A DNA stretch of 61,621 nt from an uncultured bacterium (GTDB lineage Bacteria > JAGOEH01). Position 1 is the stretch's first letter. Every line of letters starts with the position of its first letter. The notes beneath the pieces are model-generated. The model saw nothing but the letters and a program-made list of their open reading frames with translations, was not told where the DNA came from and did no database searches. A program made the position numbers and the translations under genes. The stretch covers positions 62,001 through 123,621 of the forward strand of contig CAZWDO010000012.1 of NCBI GenBank assembly GCA_964632485.1. The letters are read 5' to 3'. Positions 57,312 to 61,621 of the stretch are shown in pieces.

Positions 57312-57387
57312 TCTCAATGAAGATTGATCTCCTAATTCGTATTTGGCTGTTGCAGCGTTTATGATCAGGGGATCAATCTTCTTGAGA
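57312..57387. repeat. Long imperfect inverted repeat (76-nt hairpin)
   Basis: TCTCAA(T)GAAGATTGATCTCCT ... AGGGGATCAATCTTCTTGAGA with inner TCGTA/TATGA and GCTG/CAGC stems. Confidence 0.8.
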
Positions 57388-57536
57388 ATGAGGGGTGATA
57401 TGTTTAAGCCAAACATTCATACTAAGGTACTATGAGTTGTTTGCTGTTTTTTTTTGGTGTGGATTCAGCCCTTTTTTTTGAATATTAAATTTTTTATCTA
57501 TAAGCGTAAGTGTTATTTCCAGGAAAGGACATTCTT

Positions 57537-58997
57537 ATGTTTGCTGCTGTTTTAGTTGCATTGTTTGTTTTACTTATGATTGGCATTGGAATTTGGGGAA
57601 TGCGTAGGACACAAACATTGAATGATTTCTTTTTAGGAGGTCGTTCGATTGGCCCCTGGATTTCTGCAGTTGCTTATGGAACATCCTATTTCTCAGCGGT
57701 TTTATTTATTGGTTTCGCCGGAAAGCTGGGCTGGGGATTCGGTTTGAATGTATTGTGGATTGCTTTGGGCAATACGTTATTGGGCTCATTGGCTGCATGG
57801 CTGGTCTTGGGAAAACGAACACGACGCATGAGTCAAAATCTGGATGTTATGACCATGCCGGAATTCTTATATGAACGCTTTAATCATCGATATCTTAAAA
57901 TATTCGCCGCTTTAATCATTTTTATTTTTTTATTGCCCTATTCCGCTTCGGTGTTTAAAGGTTTGGGACATTTATTCGAAATCACCTTTGGCTTATCTTA
58001 CGATTACGCTTTATTAATCATGATTGCCATTACCGGTATCTACCTGATATTAGGTGGATATTATGCAATTACCCTGACTGATTTTGTACAGGGATTCATC
58101 ATGGTCGCCGGATCGATCCTCATGGTGATAATTTTGAGCGGCAAGCATGGCGGAATCATAGAAGCCGTCAGCCAGATTTCTCAGCGGTTCAGCGAGCATC
58201 GAGGCGCCGCCGCTCCTCCCATCAATTACTGGCTGCTGGCATCGTTAGTGTTCATGACTTCGATGGGCACCTGGGGCTTGCCACAGATGGTGCAAAAGTT
58301 TTATGCCATTAAAGACGAAAACCAGATTACACGGGCGGCGATTGTAACGACAGTATTCGCGCTGATTGTTGTCTTTGCGGCCTATTTCACCGGGGCGATG
58401 ACGCATCTGTTTTATACCCCGGAGCAGTTGCCTGCTGCGAATGGTAAAGTCCTCTTCGATAAGTTGATCCCCGATATGTTGACGGCCAACCTGCCCGAAC
58501 CGCTGATGGGCGTAATTCTGCTTTTGATTCTCTCCGCTTCTATGTCAACGCTTTCATCCCTGGTTTTAGTTTCATCCTCGGCTGTCGCTATTGACCTTTA
58601 TAAGGGCCATATCAATCCACAAACATCCAAGAAAAACTCATTGATCATGATGCGGTTATTAAGCGGAGTATTTATCGTACTTTCCTATTTTATCGCCCGC
58701 TATGAGTTTGGAATTATTGTTACCTTGATGTCGCTTTCCTGGGGAGCGGTCGCTGGTTCTTTTATGGCGCCGTTTCTTTATGGACTCTATTGGCGTAAAA
58801 CAACCGCCGCTGGTGTTTACGCTGGAATGATCTCCGGCCTCTTAACCCAGATTGTTCTGTTTTTTGCCTGGGGCCCTGCTTTATCTCCCATGGCCGCATC
58901 GTTGGCCATGATTATTCCCTTCGGCGTCATTCCGCTAGTCAGTATGTTCACATCTCCTCCCAATAAAGAATTGCTCGATCGCGCTTTCCAACATTAA
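57537..58997 (+). CDS. Sodium:solute symporter (SSS/PutP-like)
   Basis: DFFLGGRSIGPW, TMPEFL.ERF, TDFVQG, WGLPQMVQKFY, SASMST; SD AAGGA before ATG 57537. Confidence 0.92.
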   Translation: MFAAVLVALFVLLMIGIGIWGMRRTQTLNDFFLGGRSIGPWISAVAYGTSYFSAVLFIGFAGKLGWGFGLNVLWIALGNTLLGSLAAWLVLGKRTRRMSQNLDVMTMPEFLYERFNHRYLKIFAALIIFIFLLPYSASVFKGLGHLFEITFGLSYDYALLIMIAITGIYLILGGYYAITLTDFVQGFIMVAGSILMVIILSGKHGGIIEAVSQISQRFSEHRGAAAPPINYWLLASLVFMTSMGTWGLPQMVQKFYAIKDENQITRAAIVTTVFALIVVFAAYFTGAMTHLFYTPEQLPAANGKVLFDKLIPDMLTANLPEPLMGVILLLILSASMSTLSSLVLVSSSAVAIDLYKGHINPQTSKKNSLIMMRLLSGVFIVLSYFIARYEFGIIVTLMSLSWGAVAGSFMAPFLYGLYWRKTTAAGVYAGMISGLLTQIVLFFAWGPALSPMAASLAMIIPFGVIPLVSMFTSPPNKELLDRAFQH

Positions 58998-59092
58998 ATG
59001 CCTGGCCGAAATCCATCCGGGTAACGGAAATGGACATAGAATCCATGCAACGCGCAATCTTAGTCGATCAGATGGTGGAGTGAGGATAGAAA

Positions 59093-59128
59093 CGAAAAAG
59101 CCGGGCAGTATACGCATACCCGGCTTCT
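59093..59128 (-). terminator. Rho-independent terminator between convergent genes
   Basis: AAGCCGGG...CCCGGCTT stem with a T-run on the minus strand. Confidence 0.65.
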
Positions 59129-59185
59129 ATATAATATTAAGAAAAGATTCTCATAAGATTGAGCTAATGTAAAGCAACACCCACC

Positions 59186-59647
59186 TTATTTTATATAATC
59201 CATTATTCCTGGAATAGTTTTTTCCCAATATTCTATTTCTCCAGGCACAATTTTAAAAAGAGTATTTACGTCAATTTTAATCTCTTTATTAATTGAATGA
59301 TACCTGCATTTATCCCTTTTCAACAATTTTTGCTTTAATAATTCAGTTTCATATTTAACCTGCATATTTGTTACATTGATTTTAACATTAAATAATTCCG
59401 TATGAATTTGTAATTTTGTTATATCGAATCTATAACCACGTAATAGCGACTCATTATAAATTTGATTTAAGTACAGATTAATTGCAGCAATTGGATTTAA
59501 ACATTCCTGAAATCTAATTAATTGTGGATGCTGTTTATATCCTTTTGTTTTTCCTTCTATAACTTTTTTTGCTAAGAGTCCCTCACGCCAGGCAGCCGTT
59601 AGCCCTTTCGCATCTAAATATCTTGGGTGAAGTGACCATAATCGCAT
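59186..59647 (-). CDS. Pyrimidine dimer DNA glycosylase / endonuclease V family protein
   Basis: MRLWSLHPRYLDAKGLTAAWREGLLA, GYKQHPQL.RF, RGYRFD. Confidence 0.85.
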   Translation of the reverse strand: MRLWSLHPRYLDAKGLTAAWREGLLAKKVIEGKTKGYKQHPQLIRFQECLNPIAAINLYLNQIYNESLLRGYRFDITKLQIHTELFNVKINVTNMQVKYETELLKQKLLKRDKCRYHSINKEIKIDVNTLFKIVPGEIEYWEKTIPGIMDYIK

Positions 59648-59738
59648 AGAATCTCTTTAATTTTGAAAATAGGAAGCGCGAAGCGCGGGATCGCTCGACG
59701 AATCGGCTTCGATCATTTTATTCATTACAAAATGAAGA

Positions 59739-60677
59739 TTATTTATGTTTTAATTCATAAAAAACACCACGCTCAAGCTGAACTATCTCAATTTTATTAT
59801 TTGCTTCCAAAGTCCCTAAATATTTATTAATTTCATTAACATGAATACCTAAAAAATGATGTAAATCTTCAAGCGTACAAGGGCGGCGGGCTATGGTTTC
59901 CATAATGGCAGTTTCAATGTCGCCGCTATAGGAGTCAATAGATGTTCGTTCCTGAACTGATGCAATGATTTCAACATTTGTCAGGTTCCAGTAGTCAGCA
60001 ATTTCCTGCAATACCTTTTTTGATAAGGGAACAATGCCCGCTACTGTTCCGGGACGATCAAGAGTGTTTAGCTGAACACAGTCGGGGTTGATTTTTAGGA
60101 TGGCTTTCTTTAGCAAATCCAACGCCTCTTTTGAATCGTTATAATCCTTCAATAAGAATATTTCTAACCAAATTCTTCCTTTGTATTCTTTTCGTAAATC
60201 AATCAAACCCTGAATGTAAGTTTCTATTTTTATAGCTGAATGTGGACGGTCAATTTTTTCAAAGACCGATTGACTTGCCGCATCTAAGGAAGGTAAAATA
60301 ACATCGGCTTGTAATACATCCGTTCTTAATTTTTTATCGGAAAATAAGGTTCCATTTGATAAGATTGCGGTTTTTACCGTAGGAAAATTTTTATTGATGA
60401 AATTCAGAACATCTCCTATTCGACTATTGAGCGTCGGTTCTCCCGAGCCTGAAAATGTAATGTAATCGATTTTTGGTCTATTGCTCATAAACTGCATTAA
60501 TTCAGCAATAACCTGATCGTATTTGACATACTCCATCCGATCGGCAGTGAGTTTAGTGGTTTTACCGACTTCGCAGTAAACACAATTTAATGAGCAGACT
60601 TTTTTGGGAATCAAATCGATTCCTAACGACATCCCCAATCGGCGAGAAGGGACAGGTCCAAAAAGATGTTTAAACAT
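59739..60677 (-). CDS. Radical SAM protein (COG0731-like)
   Basis: FGPVPSRRLGMSLGID, CSLNCVYC, SGSGEPTL, QLNTLDRP; start ATG 60677 after AGAGGA. Confidence 0.88.
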   Translation of the reverse strand: MFKHLFGPVPSRRLGMSLGIDLIPKKVCSLNCVYCEVGKTTKLTADRMEYVKYDQVIAELMQFMSNRPKIDYITFSGSGEPTLNSRIGDVLNFINKNFPTVKTAILSNGTLFSDKKLRTDVLQADVILPSLDAASQSVFEKIDRPHSAIKIETYIQGLIDLRKEYKGRIWLEIFLLKDYNDSKEALDLLKKAILKINPDCVQLNTLDRPGTVAGIVPLSKKVLQEIADYWNLTNVEIIASVQERTSIDSYSGDIETAIMETIARRPCTLEDLHHFLGIHVNEINKYLGTLEANNKIEIVQLERGVFYELKHK

Positions 60678-60964
60678 ATTTAGTTGTCCTCTCTTTAAAA
60701 ATAATATATCCGTCATCTACGTCAATATGATCCGAGATGGTTGGGCATTTTGTTTTAAGCAGAAAAAACATGTCGGTTGCAATCAGATAAACCTTCAAAA
60801 TTCCCCTCTCCTTTACTTATTACAAGACCGGAAGTGTTGAAAATTTCAAGAAATTCAGGAGCGCTCTGATTGAGAATAATGTCCGGAGACTTGCATCCTG
60901 AATCAATTAATTCGGCTACTTCATCTAACCCTGATTTAATAATTGTTAAAATTGGCGATCTCTT
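60670..60964 (-). pseudogene. Remnant of a DUF89/ARMT1-like damage-control phosphatase (C-terminal part)
   Basis: Manual translation: SGLDEVAELIDSGCKSPDIIL...EFLEIF...VISKGEGNFEGLSD, frameshift at a T6 run, then FLLKTKCPTISDH; no N-terminus and an upstream TAG. Confidence 0.7.
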
Positions 60965-61401
60965 CTAGTTGTTACTATTTACAACATTTTGGGGATTAAT
61001 AGGTAACATTCTGTAAACTTTTTTTAATTTTCATTCTGATTAATAATAATACATAAACTTATTTGTGTCAAGTATTTTTTTATTATTGAATTGCAAAATA
61101 CGGATACCATTTTTTTCCAGAATGACATGGTTAATTCAATCTGCTCCTATGCTTGCCATTCTACTGTTTTTAAGAAAATTGCGACCCGTCGGTTCAGGGT
61201 GTCTATTTCCTCTGCTCTTCAGCCCGTCATGTATGATGGGTGTCTAGCCGTCCCTCCCATTGTTTATTAAGCGCAGCGATGCTGGACAACGGTTTATGTA
61301 AGGGGGACGTTTATGCGAAATATGCAGACGCATTAAATCAATCTCCTTATCCAGACCCAAGTCCGATAAAACTTGCGCTAATTGACCGTAAAACTCAAAC
61401 T

Positions 61402-61500
61402 TCAGTTTTCGTTATATTGACCACATTCCATAAGTGAAATATCCAAAGGCGCGTATTTTTCACCCATTTCCTTAAAATGCGTATCATAAGCGCTATCCCT
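61402..61500 (-). pseudogene. Fragment of an MBL-fold metallo-hydrolase (RomA/NAPE-PLD-like)
   Basis: RDSAYDTHFKEMGEKYAPLDISLMECGQYNEN* matches the family segment GDSGYxxHFKEIGEKYGPFDxxxxECGQYNxxW, with TGA at the Trp position. Confidence 0.65.
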
Positions 61501-61621
61501 CGATGTTTTCAACGCCTTTTGGGAGTTGAAAACAAGAGAAGTTTCTATTTTTCATATTTATAATTGAACATAGATTTTCACGGACAGAAATACCCGTAGT
61601 AGAATTGTAATGCAAATTTGT

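Noticed and set aside
61065-61437. Two short plus-strand ORFs and an AAC-GGTTT attC-like start near 61285
   Set aside because: No SD or motifs, and no matching right-hand GTT core could be identified.
1-61621. tRNA, rRNA, CRISPR arrays, transposases or integrases
   Set aside because: None was recognisable by eye in the intergenic regions or ORF translations.

Overview
Bacterial chromosomal window that is gene-dense and moderately AT-rich, with near-consensus sigma70 promoters. The gene set (DUF2723, inserted AmpG, LA_2272-like repeat protein) suggests a diderm, possibly FCB-group lineage; this is inference only. Most of the window is housekeeping: gcvT, ftsK, glgC, recG, ruvA, aroB, aroQ, nagA, cstA, cysK, serC, two sensor kinases and several transporters. 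The stand-out feature is a compact, apparently complete RiPP gene cluster at 26207-36017. It has an NHLP-leader precursor with a Gly/Ser/Asn/Asp-rich spacer and a Cys/Asp/Tyr-rich tail (GCYLDCGCDVYCDF), a methyltransferase-RRE-radical SAM/SPASM fusion and a putative ABBA-type peptide prenyltransferase. A divergently transcribed NHLP export trio completes it (short HlyD, C39-peptidase ABC transporter, second ABC transporter). Other observations: a GNAT-deacetylase fusion, several apparent single-base frameshifts at A/T runs (probably assembly indels, and relevant to whether the MT-rSAM fusion is real), a long hairpin after serC, and two pseudogene remnants in the AT-rich right end. All calls come from motif recognition by eye; no database searches were run.
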